In this document: positions 1-8,782 of the stretch, piece by piece | How the letters are laid out: the number at the start of each line of letters is the position of its first letter | Numbering within the stretch: position 1 is the first letter of the stretch | Origin: a virus | Lineage: Duplodnaviria > Caudoviricetes | DNA: 30,246 nucleotides | Reading direction: 5' to 3' (one strand) | Virus record (IMG/VR): IMGVR_UViG_3300022173_000099 | Location: 1 to 30,246 of that record | Notes under the pieces: generated by a model | What the model saw: only the letters and a program-made list of their open reading frames with translations | What the model was told of the DNA's origin: nothing | The model's database searches: none | Made by a program: the position numbers and the translations under genes

Positions 1-408
1 ATGGCCAAGCGCGCGGACGACAACGACAAGGCGACGAAGGAAGCGCTGTCGAAGGCCGACAACGAGCGGCTGGAGAAGCGTGTCGCGGCCGAGCTGGCCC
101 ACTGCCCGGGTACGGTCCCGCAGCGCGCGGCGATCCTGAAGGCCCTCGAAGGCGTCGATGGCGCCACCGAGTTCCTGAAGGCGGCCGACGCGAGCCTGGC
201 CAAGGCGTTCAAGCCCTCCGGTACGACCGGCGCGGGCGTCGGTGGTGAACTGCAGAAGGCGGAGGACCGCCTGGAAGCCCTCGCCAAGGCCCACGTCGCG
301 GCCAACCCCAAGGTCTCGATCGAGAAGGCGCGCGCGATCGTGCTCGAATCGCCCGAAGGCCAGAAGCTGTACGCCGAGATGGACGCCCCGGTGTCCGAGT
401 CGGTCTGA
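1..408 (+). CDS. Putative capsid scaffolding protein or C-terminal part of a prohead protease/scaffold protein; may be 5'-truncated
   Basis: Ala/Glu/Lys-rich helical ORF directly upstream of the cement and major capsid genes. It begins at base 1, so the true start is uncertain. Confidence 0.5.
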   Translation: MAKRADDNDKATKEALSKADNERLEKRVAAELAHCPGTVPQRAAILKALEGVDGATEFLKAADASLAKAFKPSGTTGAGVGGELQKAEDRLEALAKAHVAANPKVSIEKARAIVLESPEGQKLYAEMDAPVSESV

Positions 409-456
409 TCCCAGGCTCCATCCCAACCCCCTACTACACACAAGGAAACAATCCAC

Positions 457-834
457 ATGGCTCTTCAACAGGAAGTTCGGAGCCTGAGCATCCCGGCGTC
501 GGCCGACCTCAGCGCTTCCCAGTTCTGCTTCGTCGCTCTCAACAGCTCGGGGCAACTCATCCTCCCGGCGGCGGGCGGCGATTGCGTCGGCGTCCTCCAG
601 GACAAGCCGGACGCGGCCGGTCGCGTCGGCGAAGTGGCGATGCTCAACGCGAGCCTTCGCCTCAAGGTCAAGGCGGCGGCCATCATGAACGCGGGCGTCA
701 AGGTGCAGGCGGACGCGGCCGGCAACGCCATCGCGGCCCTCACGGGCGACCACGTGCTCGGAACCACGCTGAAGGCCTGCGCCGTCGGCGACCTCGTGGA
801 GATCTGCCCGGGCAGCCGCATGCTGCTCCCGTGA
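457..834 (+). CDS. Capsid cement/head decoration protein (DUF2190-like)
   Basis: 125 aa, small and Ala/Gly-rich (ADLS..QF.FV, GVLQDKP, G..VQADAAG.AI). AAGGA SD upstream. Lies between the scaffold and capsid genes. Confidence 0.7.
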   Translation: MALQQEVRSLSIPASADLSASQFCFVALNSSGQLILPAAGGDCVGVLQDKPDAAGRVGEVAMLNASLRLKVKAAAIMNAGVKVQADAAGNAIAALTGDHVLGTTLKACAVGDLVEICPGSRMLLP

Positions 835-895
835 TCTGATCGTCACCCCTCCCTGATCCCAACAACCTACCAAGCAGAAACCAAGGACCACTCCA

Positions 896-1885
896 ATGAG
901 TCAACCGACCCGGGGCGACGTTCACGTCAACAAGCCCCTGACCAACATCTCGATCGCCTACATGCAGGAGGCGAGCAACTTCGTCGCGGACACGGTGTTC
1001 CCGAACATCCCCGTGCCGCAGCAGGCCGACCGCTACTACACCTATGATCGCGGGTTCTTCAACCGCGACGAGATGGAGGAGCGCGCTCCGGGCACCGAGT
1101 CCGCCGGAAGCGGCTACAACGTGGACAACACGCCCACGTACTACGCTCGGGTGTACGCCTTCCACCACGACGTTCCGGACCAGATCCGGGCGAACGTGGA
1201 CAGCGTCCTCCAGCCCGACTCCGACGCCACCAAGCTGGTCTCCCACAAGGCGCTGATCAAGCGCGAGAAGCTGTGGGTGGCCAAGTATTTCATCCCGGCC
1301 ACGTGGACCTTCGACGTGGACGGCGTGGCGGCGGCTCCGGGCGCGGGCCAGGTGCTGCAGTGGAACGATGCCAACAGCACGCCGATCGAGGACGTGGCTC
1401 TGGCGCAGGACGCGATCCTGGAGGAAACGGGCCAGCTGGCCAACGTCCTCGTCGTCGGTCGCCAGGTCTGGACGGCTCTCAAGAACCACCCGGACATCAT
1501 CGACCGCGTGAAGTACGGCCAGACCCCCGGCGGGACGGCGAAGATCAGCCTGCAGGCCCTGGCGGACCTCTTCGAGGTCGAGCGGATCGTGGTCATGAAC
1601 GCGATCGAGAACACGGCCAAGGAAGGCCAGGCCAACGACCACGCCTTCATCGGCGGCAAGAAGGCCCTCCTGGTGTTCTCCACGAAGTCCCCGGGCCTCC
1701 AGGTCCCGACGGCTGGCTACACGTTCTCCTGGACGGGCTTCCTCGGCGCGGGCGCGATGGGCGGCCGCATCAAGAAGTTCCGCATGGAGGCGCTGGAGTC
1801 CGACCGCATCGAGATCCAGATGGCGTTCGACCAGAAGCTGGTGAGCGCGGACCTCGGCTACTTCTGGGACACGATCGTCGCCTGA
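896..1885 (+). CDS. Major capsid protein (HK97 fold)
   Basis: 329 aa. The N-terminus HVNKPLTNISIAY..Q...FVAD.VFP.IPV is typical of a widespread siphovirus capsid family. AAGGA SD, strongly biased codon usage, position in the head module. Confidence 0.85.
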   Translation: MSQPTRGDVHVNKPLTNISIAYMQEASNFVADTVFPNIPVPQQADRYYTYDRGFFNRDEMEERAPGTESAGSGYNVDNTPTYYARVYAFHHDVPDQIRANVDSVLQPDSDATKLVSHKALIKREKLWVAKYFIPATWTFDVDGVAAAPGAGQVLQWNDANSTPIEDVALAQDAILEETGQLANVLVVGRQVWTALKNHPDIIDRVKYGQTPGGTAKISLQALADLFEVERIVVMNAIENTAKEGQANDHAFIGGKKALLVFSTKSPGLQVPTAGYTFSWTGFLGAGAMGGRIKKFRMEALESDRIEIQMAFDQKLVSADLGYFWDTIVA

Positions 1886-1909
1886 TCGACTTCAAGGACA
1901 CACCTCACC

Positions 1910-2314
1910 ATGAAGTACGACAAGCAACCCTTCTCCCCGTCGGGCGAGTACGTCGCCCGCAAGCCGTTCGACTTCCAGGGCGAGCCGGTCCTTCAGGGGG
2001 CACCCTTCCCCTACCTGAAGCTCGGCTGCTCGGCGCGCAAGCTCCGCCAGCTCTGGGACAACGGTTTCATCGTCCCCGCCGGTAGCCTTCCCCAGGCTCC
2101 GGCGGGGATCCCCCCCGCCCCTACCCCCTTGGGCCAACCCCCGTCCAGCGAGCCGCAAGGCGACAGTCCGGACGAGGCGAAGGCCAAGGCAGAAGCTGAC
2201 GCCAAGGCGAAGCGCAGGGAGGCTGGCCGCAAGGCCGCCGAATCGCGCAAGGCCAAGGCGGCGGCTGCAGCTCCCCCGGTCGCCTCCGAGGCGGTCGAGG
2301 TCAGCGACGACTGA
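1910..2314 (+). CDS. Hypothetical head-module protein with Pro-rich linker and Ala/Lys-rich tail
   Basis: AAGGA SD. Follows the capsid gene, and its stop overlaps the next start (TGATG). Confidence 0.65.
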   Translation: MKYDKQPFSPSGEYVARKPFDFQGEPVLQGAPFPYLKLGCSARKLRQLWDNGFIVPAGSLPQAPAGIPPAPTPLGQPPSSEPQGDSPDEAKAKAEADAKAKRREAGRKAAESRKAKAAAAAPPVASEAVEVSDD

Positions 2315-2721
2315 TGGCCCAGCCCGGGTCCCTCCAGTTTGTCATCGCGTCCCTCAACCAGTTCGCCGAGAAGCACATCAAGATCATCGCTCTTGACGCT
2401 GTCGCGAACCTGGTTGAGGATACGCCTCGCAAGACTGGATGGGCTCGGTCGAATTGGATCCCGAGCATCGGGACTCCCGCTCGGCCCGACGTTTCGATCA
2501 CCAACCCCGAACCCGGTCAAGTCCAAGCTCGATCTGCCCAACGCGAAGCGGGAGTGCTCCTGGTCGCCACGGGATACAAGCTCGAACGCGGCCCCATCTT
2601 CATCACCAACAACGTGCCCTACATCGGACGCCTCAACGATGGATCCTCGACGCAAGCCCCGGCGGGCTTCGTTCAGTCGGCGATCCTCCGAGCCGTTCGA
2701 GGGGCCTTCCCCTCCTCGTGA
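2314..2721 (+). CDS. HK97 gp10-like neck/tail-completion protein
   Basis: Motifs TPRKTGWARSNW, IFITNNVPYIGRLNDGSSTQAPAGFV are characteristic of this family. Confidence 0.8.
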   Translation: MAQPGSLQFVIASLNQFAEKHIKIIALDAVANLVEDTPRKTGWARSNWIPSIGTPARPDVSITNPEPGQVQARSAQREAGVLLVATGYKLERGPIFITNNVPYIGRLNDGSSTQAPAGFVQSAILRAVRGAFPSS

Positions 2722-3155
2722 CCAACCTCGTCCAAGCAACCGACGCCATCTATGCCGAGTGGCTGGCGTACCTCGCGGGAATCCCCTCGACGGACTTGAC
2801 GTTGTTCGGCAACGAGGACTCGGTGGGAGGCGTCAAGCCCGAGGACTCGGACTCGCCCTGGTACCGCGTCACCTTCCGCGAGGCGGCGGGCGGGCGCGCG
2901 AACCTGAACGGGGTCGGGGAGAGGCTATACGAGCGCTTGGGCTTCCTGGCCATCCAATGCTTCACCACGGTGAACGTCGGTCAGAAGGCTGCGAACACGA
3001 TGGCCGAGAACGCCCGAACGGCCTTCGAGGATCGACGACACCCCACCATCCCAACCCTCATCTACCTGAACGCCAGCGTTCGACCGCAACCGCAGGACGG
3101 CAAATGGTACGCCGTCCTGTTGGAGGTCGAAGTTGAATTCACCGACCGCAAGTAA
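2718..3155 (+). CDS. Putative tail terminator protein
   Basis: GTG start overlapping the previous stop (GTGA). 145 aa, with pattern PWYRVT...G.....YER.G...IQCF...G and W-Y-V-V-F at the end. Directly precedes the tail tube gene. Confidence 0.65.
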   Translation: MTNLVQATDAIYAEWLAYLAGIPSTDLTLFGNEDSVGGVKPEDSDSPWYRVTFREAAGGRANLNGVGERLYERLGFLAIQCFTTVNVGQKAANTMAENARTAFEDRRHPTIPTLIYLNASVRPQPQDGKWYAVLLEVEVEFTDRK

Positions 3156-3170
3156 CCCCAAGGAGCGCTC

Positions 3171-4715
3171 ATGAGCCTCGTCAAGACCAACCAAATCAGC
3201 CTGTCCGTCGCCGCAGAGGCGACTCTGGGTGTTCTCCCGGGTTCTCCCAGCTGGGACCTCCTGGAACCGAACACCATCAACTCCTTCGGCGCGACGATCA
3301 CCAAGACCGCGCGCAACCCGATCAGCCGTCTGCGTCAACGCCGGAAGGGCGCGATCACGGACCAGGAATCGGGCGTGGAGTTCGAGGCCGACCTGACCGG
3401 CCAGAGCTTCAAGAAGCTCGCGGAGGCGTTTGTGTTCGCCCGCTTCTCCGTGTTCAACGGAAACAAGCAGCAGGCGGGCGCGCTGTTCCAGGACCTCGTG
3501 GGTGAGACGACCGGCAGCCAGTACCAGCACGACGCCCTCCCGGGCGCCATCCCGGTCGGTCGCCTGGTCTACGCTCGGGGCTTCTCGATCGCGGGCAACA
3601 ACGGCCTCTCGGTGGTCTCGGGTGTTCCCTCGACGACCGTGACGCCCGTCACGGGCCTGACGATCCTGGACGAGGTTCCTGGCAACACGTCGGGTGCGAC
3701 CCTCGAAGTCTGCGGCGTCCGGACGGCCGCCGGGGACATCGACATCACGGTGACGGGGACGACGGGCGTGCTCACGAGCACGACCCTCAACTTCACGACC
3801 CTCGGCCTGACCTTGGGCCAGCTCATCTACATCGGCGGGATCCCCGCGAGCGGCGCCATCACCAGGTTCCTCTCCGGCCGTCACGGCTCGGCGCGTGTCA
3901 CCTCGATCGGGGCCAACGCCCTCGGCCTCGACAAGATCCGCACGACCCCGGCCGCGACCGCGCTCCAGACGGAAGCGAACGCGGCGCAGACCATCGACAT
4001 CCTGTTCGGCCGCTTCCTCCGCAACGTGGACGTGGACCACGCCGACTACCTGGAGCGTTCGCTCCAGTTCGAGCTGGCGTACCCCGACCTCGCGGGCCTG
4101 GGCACGGACGGGTATGAGTACGCCAAGGGCAACCTCGGCGACACGATGTCCGTCAACATGCCGGGGCAGGACAAGGCCACGGTGACGTTCGGCTACGTCG
4201 GGACGGACACGCCCGCCGCGACGACCTCGCGCGCGAGCGGCGCGAGCACCCCGGTGAACCCGGTCGAGACGGTCGCCTTCAACACCTCCACGGACCTCGC
4301 GCGTCTCCGCGTCGAGAACGTGGACCACGACGGCCTCACGACCTGCTTCAAGTCCCTGACGTTCACGATGGCGAACGGCGTGACGCCCGAGAAGTGCTTG
4401 GGGTCCCTCGGGGCCTTGGGCATGAACACGGGCAACTTCCTCGTGGACATCGAAGCCCAGGTCACCTTCGACAACATCGAAGTCACCGAGGCGATCCGCA
4501 ACAACGAGACGATCACGATGGACTGGGTGCTGAAGAACGGTGACGGCGCCATCGCGTTCGACATCCCCGCCCTGACGCTCGGAGGTGGTGACAAGGAGTT
4601 CCCGGTGGGCGAGACGGTCCGAATCAACCTGACCGGGGAGGCGTTCGCCGACCCGATCTTGGGCACCTCGGTCGGCCTCTCGCTGTTCCCGGTGTTCCCG
4701 TCCGACGCCAACTGA
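3171..4715 (+). CDS. Major tail tube protein
   Basis: 514 aa. N-terminal E..LG..P..W..LEPN.I.SFG..I...ARNPI...RQRRKG.ITD resembles YuA/KPP23-type tail tubes. AAGGAG SD. Upstream of the chaperones and tape measure. Confidence 0.8.
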   Translation: MSLVKTNQISLSVAAEATLGVLPGSPSWDLLEPNTINSFGATITKTARNPISRLRQRRKGAITDQESGVEFEADLTGQSFKKLAEAFVFARFSVFNGNKQQAGALFQDLVGETTGSQYQHDALPGAIPVGRLVYARGFSIAGNNGLSVVSGVPSTTVTPVTGLTILDEVPGNTSGATLEVCGVRTAAGDIDITVTGTTGVLTSTTLNFTTLGLTLGQLIYIGGIPASGAITRFLSGRHGSARVTSIGANALGLDKIRTTPAATALQTEANAAQTIDILFGRFLRNVDVDHADYLERSLQFELAYPDLAGLGTDGYEYAKGNLGDTMSVNMPGQDKATVTFGYVGTDTPAATTSRASGASTPVNPVETVAFNTSTDLARLRVENVDHDGLTTCFKSLTFTMANGVTPEKCLGSLGALGMNTGNFLVDIEAQVTFDNIEVTEAIRNNETITMDWVLKNGDGAIAFDIPALTLGGGDKEFPVGETVRINLTGEAFADPILGTSVGLSLFPVFPSDAN

Positions 4716-4735
4716 TCCGGCTGAGGGCTTCTTTC

Positions 4736-4776
4736 AAGCGCCCGGGGGGACTAGAATCAGTCCACCTCGGGCGCTT
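4736..4776 (+). terminator. Long GC-rich hairpin after the tail tube gene (terminator/attenuator or RNA stability element)
   Basis: AAGCGCCCGGGG (4736-47) pairs with CCTCGGGCGCTT (4765-76; one G-U), and GGACT (4748-52) pairs with AGTCC (4759-63). No strong U-tract. Confidence 0.5.
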
Positions 4777-4817
4777 CGCCCATATCACTCAATCCCTCGC
4801 AACCAAGGATCAAGCCC

Positions 4818-5273
4818 ATGTCGTTCGACTTCTCCAACGTCGCCAAGCAAGCCGTTCAGCGCTCGGCCACGTCCATGTTCACGTTCTACCGCCTCGAAGG
4901 CCAGCCGACCCTCGAAGTCAAGCCCGCGACCGAGGCCAACCCGGCCTACATGCGCGCGATGCTCAAGGGTTCGCGCGAACAGGTCCGCCGTCTCTCCGGC
5001 GGGGACCTCTCCCCGGAGGTCCTGGAGGAGAACCGCGCCAAGGACCGCAAGCTGTTCCCCGAGTTCGTCGTGATCGGTTGGCCCAAGCCCCCGATCGACG
5101 CGGCCGGCAACGCGGTCCCGTTCTCGCGCGAGGCGTGCGCGGCCTTCCTCGCGGCCGTCCCCTACGACATGTTCAACGAGCTGCGCAACCACTGCTCGAC
5201 CAACGACAACTTCCGCCCCCTCGCGGACCAGGAGCTGACGAAGGCCGAAGCGGACGACCTCGTGGGAAACTGA
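4818..5273 (+). CDS. Tail assembly chaperone (lambda gpG analogue)
   Basis: Lies between tail tube and tape measure, has AAGGA SD, and ends in slippery G GGA AAC TGA. Confidence 0.8.
   Translation: MSFDFSNVAKQAVQRSATSMFTFYRLEGQPTLEVKPATEANPAYMRAMLKGSREQVRRLSGGDLSPEVLEENRAKDRKLFPEFVVIGWPKPPIDAAGNAVPFSREACAAFLAAVPYDMFNELRNHCSTNDNFRPLADQELTKAEADDLVGN
5264..5270 (+). other. Programmed -1 ribosomal frameshift site GGGAAAC
   Basis: X XXY YYZ heptamer in the correct phase just before the stop. The -1 frame is open to 5620. Confidence 0.8.
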
Positions 5274-5620
5274 CCGCGCGGCTCGAATGGGAGCTGAAGT
5301 ACGACGAGCAGCGGTACGTCATCGCCACCAAGATCGAGCGAGAGGCACCCCTGCCCCAGTGGTACCTCGACGAGCCGCCACTGCTCCCCTTCGCTGACTT
5401 CTTCCTCCGCCACTTCTGGGTTCTGGACACCGAACGCCCCCAGGGTTACACCCAGGGGCGGATCCCGGAATCCAAGGTGGCCGAGTATTGCGCGAGGAAG
5501 GGATGGCCCGAGGACATCTCGGAGCTATTCACCCACGTAGTTCTCGGGCTTGACAGGGCCTATCTTACCTGGTGCCACAAGGAGCGGGAGCGCCAGGCTG
5601 CTGCGAACAAACCCAAGTAG
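5264..5620 (+). CDS. Frameshifted C-terminal extension of the tail chaperone (gpGT analogue)
   Basis: The -1 frame reads GKLTARLEWEL...EPPLLP...FW.LDTERP....GRIP.S.V..Y...LDRAYL, which is typical of siphovirus T-chaperones. No own start codon with SD. Confidence 0.75.
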   Translation, partial: GKLTARLEWELKYDEQRYVIATKIEREAPLPQWYLDEPPLLPFADFFLRHFWVLDTERPQGYTQGRIPESKVAEYCARKGWPEDISELFTHVVLGLDRAYLTWCHKERERQAAANKPK

Positions 5621-5623
5621 ACC

Positions 5624-8600
5624 ATGACCGACTTCCGCATCAACGTGATCATCGACCCTGGCTCCGCCGTCGCGGGCGCCAAGAAGGTCGAGGGTCAGTT
5701 GGAGGCGACGGAGGGCGCGGCCGAACGGCTGTACAAGCAGCTCCTGGACACGTTCACGCGCATCCCGGTCGGGACCGCGACCGCCGATGTGGCTAAGTTC
5801 GAGGCTGAGATTGCGGACCTCCGGAACCAGCTCGCGCGGACGAGTGGACAGCTCGACACGGTGACGGCGGCCGAGGCCCGCCTGTCGGCCGAGACCGCCC
5901 AATCTGCCGCGATGCAGGATAAGCTCCAGAAGGAGCTGTTGGAATCGCAGAAGCGCTCCGACGGCCTGGAGAAGGAGCTGAAGCAGCTCAAGGACGAGTT
6001 CGAGGCCGCCAAGAACAAGGGGACCTCGTTCGGCGACTTCCTCCGCAAGGTGTTTGTCGGCGTCTCGGCCTTCGTGATCATCCGCGAGCTGAAGGAGCTG
6101 ACGGACACCTACACCAACGTCCAGAACCGCCTCCGGACCGTCACCAGCTCCGAGGAGGAGCTGATCAAGGTCACTGAGGAGCTGTTCGCAATCTCCCAGC
6201 GCACCCGGTCGAGCTTCCAAGGCACGGCCGAGCTGTACGCCCGTGTCGCCCTGTCGGCGAAGGAGCTGGGGCGGACCCAGGGCGAGCTTCTGCAATTCAC
6301 GGAGTCGCTGAACAAGGCCATCTTGCTCTCGGGCGCGAACGCCCAAGAAGCCGAGGCGGGCTTGATCCAGCTGTCCCAAGGCATCGCGTCCGGCGCGCTC
6401 CGGGGCGACGAGCTGCGCTCGGTCCTTGAACAGCTCCCCGCCGTCGCGGACGTCATCTCCAAGTCCCTCGGCGTGACGCGCGGCGAGCTTCGCGCGATGG
6501 GCCAGGAAGGGAAGATCACGGCCGATGTCGTCCTCGACGCCTTCAAGCAGGCGCGGATCGAGATTGACGAGAAGTTCGGCAAGTCCGTCCCGACTCTTGG
6601 GCAGAGCTTCGCGGTCCTCGGGAACAGCATCCTCCAATTCGTCGGGACGGTGAACGAGTCCCTGGGTGCCACGAGCTTCCTGTCGCAAATCGTGATCGCG
6701 GCGGCGAACAACGTGGACATCCTCGCGGCGGCCGTCCTCGTCCTCGCGCTCAGTGCGCTCCCGGCGGCGATCCTCGCGGTCAAGGCCCTGATCGTCCAGA
6801 GCACCATCCTCAAGTCCGTCCTCGCGGGCGGCATCTTCTCCCCGATTGTCTTGGGCGCTGCGGCGGCTGGCGCGGCCGTCCTCTTCCTGGTGGACAAGTA
6901 CGTGGACCTGCAGGAGGAAGCCAACAAGGCGACCGAGGCGGGGGAGAAGTTCGCGCTGACCGAGTTCGGCAAGGTCGGGGCGGACATGGAACACGTCCTC
7001 GACAACATCAAGGTCCTGAAGGACAACATCAACCGCGACACCCTGAAGGGGATCGAGCCGAACCCCACCGCCATCCGCCTCCTCGAAGAGGCCGAGAAGA
7101 AGCTGGCACTGCTCCGGGAACAGCAAGGCTTGCTCGCCGACGGGAGCGCCCGGACGGCCAAGGCCGCGCAGGAACAAGTCAAGGCCATGCAGGACTTGGC
7201 GAAGGCCGTGGATGGTGTCGTGGCCTCGCTCGACGAGGAAGCCCGACTGCTCGGCCTCTCCTCGCGGGAGCGCGAGATCCAGAAGGGACTTCTGGAGCAG
7301 GTCGCCAAGCTGGAGAAGGACTCCAAGGCCGAGGTCACCGACGCGCAGAAGGAGCAGATCAGGCTCGCGCTCGAACGCAACCAGACCCTCTCCGACCAGG
7401 CCGACGCCCTCGACGCCATCAAGGGTCCTCAGGCCGAGTTCGAGGCCAATCTGACGGCCCTCAACGTCCTCCTCGCGGAGAACAAGATCACCACCGAGGA
7501 GTTCGACAAGGCCGTAGCCGACCTCGCTACCTCGGCGAAGGGTGTGGACCTCTCCGGCATCCAACTCCCCGACGGTTCGGACATCGAAGGCCAGCTGGCC
7601 AAGATCAAGGAGCTGCTGGCTGCCCAACAGGAGCAAGCTCGCGCTGAACAGCTCCGCGCCTCGATCATCAAGGATCTGGCCGGACCGGAGGCCGAGTTGC
7701 TGGAGCGCAAGCGGATCCTCGTGTCCCTCTTGGGCGACGAGACCGTGAACCAGGAACGCCTCGCGGAAGCGCTCGCGGCCGTCGATCAAGCCCTCACGCC
7801 CGTCTCCGACGAGCAGAAGCGCCTCGCCGACCTCCTGAAGGAGATCACCGGCCCCGAGAAGGAGCGCCAACAGCGCCTCTCGGACCTCTCCTCGCTCCTC
7901 GCCTCGGGCGCGATCAACCTCGAACAGTACAACAACGAGCTGGAGCGCCTTGGGGCGCTGACCAAGACCGAGCTGCCCCTGGCCGAGCGGATCATGCAGC
8001 TCAACGAGCAGTTCGCCTCGGGCGAGCTGACGCAGGGCGAGTACATCAACGCCCTCCAGAAGCTCGAACAGTTCAAGGGGCCGTCCGAGGAGTTCCTGAA
8101 CGGTCTCGCGGTCCTGAACGAGCGCCTTGCGGCCGGGACGATCACCGCTCAGCAGTTCCTCGCGGAGTTCGCCAAGCTCGGCGAGACGGCCGAGAACCCG
8201 GTGGTGACCTTCGCCGACGGCGTGGAGGACGGCCTCACGCGGATCGGCGAGAAGGCCAAGACCACGGGCGAGATCGTCTCCGACGCCCTCACCATCGGCT
8301 TCAACGCGGCCTCGGACGCCCTCGCGGAGTTCGCCACGACGGGCAAGCTCGACTTCGCGGACTTCGCGCGCTCGATCCTCGCGGACCTCGCCAAGATCCT
8401 CGCGCAGCAGCTCCTCCTGCAGGCCCTTACGGGCGCGGGAGTCCCGATCCCCGGCTTGGGAGCCACGGGTCACGCCCACGGCGGAGACTTCGAGGCCAAC
8501 CAGTCGATGATGGTGGGTGAGAAGGGGCCGGAGCTTGTACGCTTCGGAGCCCCGGGCAGTGTTACGCCCGCCGACCAGACCGCGCGCGCGATGGCTGCGA

Positions 8601-8782
8601 CGGGCAACGGAGGCGGCGGAGGGACCACGGTCAACGTCGCCCCGGCCGAGGTCAAGCTGCAGGTCGTCAACGTGGACTCGCCTGCGGCCGCGCGCGACGC
8701 TATGGACACCTCCGAGGGAGGCAAGATCATCGTGAACCAGATTCGCGCGAACAGGGAAGCAATCCGAAGGGAGCTTGGCTGA
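5624..8782 (+). CDS. Tail tape measure protein
   Basis: 1052 aa helical protein with tape-measure N-terminal domain (YTNVQNRL...QLSQGIASGALRGDELRSVLEQLP), a central hydrophobic segment, and a C-terminal HAHGG...VGEKGPELV motif. Confidence 0.92.
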   Translation: MTDFRINVIIDPGSAVAGAKKVEGQLEATEGAAERLYKQLLDTFTRIPVGTATADVAKFEAEIADLRNQLARTSGQLDTVTAAEARLSAETAQSAAMQDKLQKELLESQKRSDGLEKELKQLKDEFEAAKNKGTSFGDFLRKVFVGVSAFVIIRELKELTDTYTNVQNRLRTVTSSEEELIKVTEELFAISQRTRSSFQGTAELYARVALSAKELGRTQGELLQFTESLNKAILLSGANAQEAEAGLIQLSQGIASGALRGDELRSVLEQLPAVADVISKSLGVTRGELRAMGQEGKITADVVLDAFKQARIEIDEKFGKSVPTLGQSFAVLGNSILQFVGTVNESLGATSFLSQIVIAAANNVDILAAAVLVLALSALPAAILAVKALIVQSTILKSVLAGGIFSPIVLGAAAAGAAVLFLVDKYVDLQEEANKATEAGEKFALTEFGKVGADMEHVLDNIKVLKDNINRDTLKGIEPNPTAIRLLEEAEKKLALLREQQGLLADGSARTAKAAQEQVKAMQDLAKAVDGVVASLDEEARLLGLSSREREIQKGLLEQVAKLEKDSKAEVTDAQKEQIRLALERNQTLSDQADALDAIKGPQAEFEANLTALNVLLAENKITTEEFDKAVADLATSAKGVDLSGIQLPDGSDIEGQLAKIKELLAAQQEQARAEQLRASIIKDLAGPEAELLERKRILVSLLGDETVNQERLAEALAAVDQALTPVSDEQKRLADLLKEITGPEKERQQRLSDLSSLLASGAINLEQYNNELERLGALTKTELPLAERIMQLNEQFASGELTQGEYINALQKLEQFKGPSEEFLNGLAVLNERLAAGTITAQQFLAEFAKLGETAENPVVTFADGVEDGLTRIGEKAKTTGEIVSDALTIGFNAASDALAEFATTGKLDFADFARSILADLAKILAQQLLLQALTGAGVPIPGLGATGHAHGGDFEANQSMMVGEKGPELVRFGAPGSVTPADQTARAMAATGNGGGGGTTVNVAPAEVKLQVVNVDSPAAARDAMDTSEGGKIIVNQIRANREAIRRELG

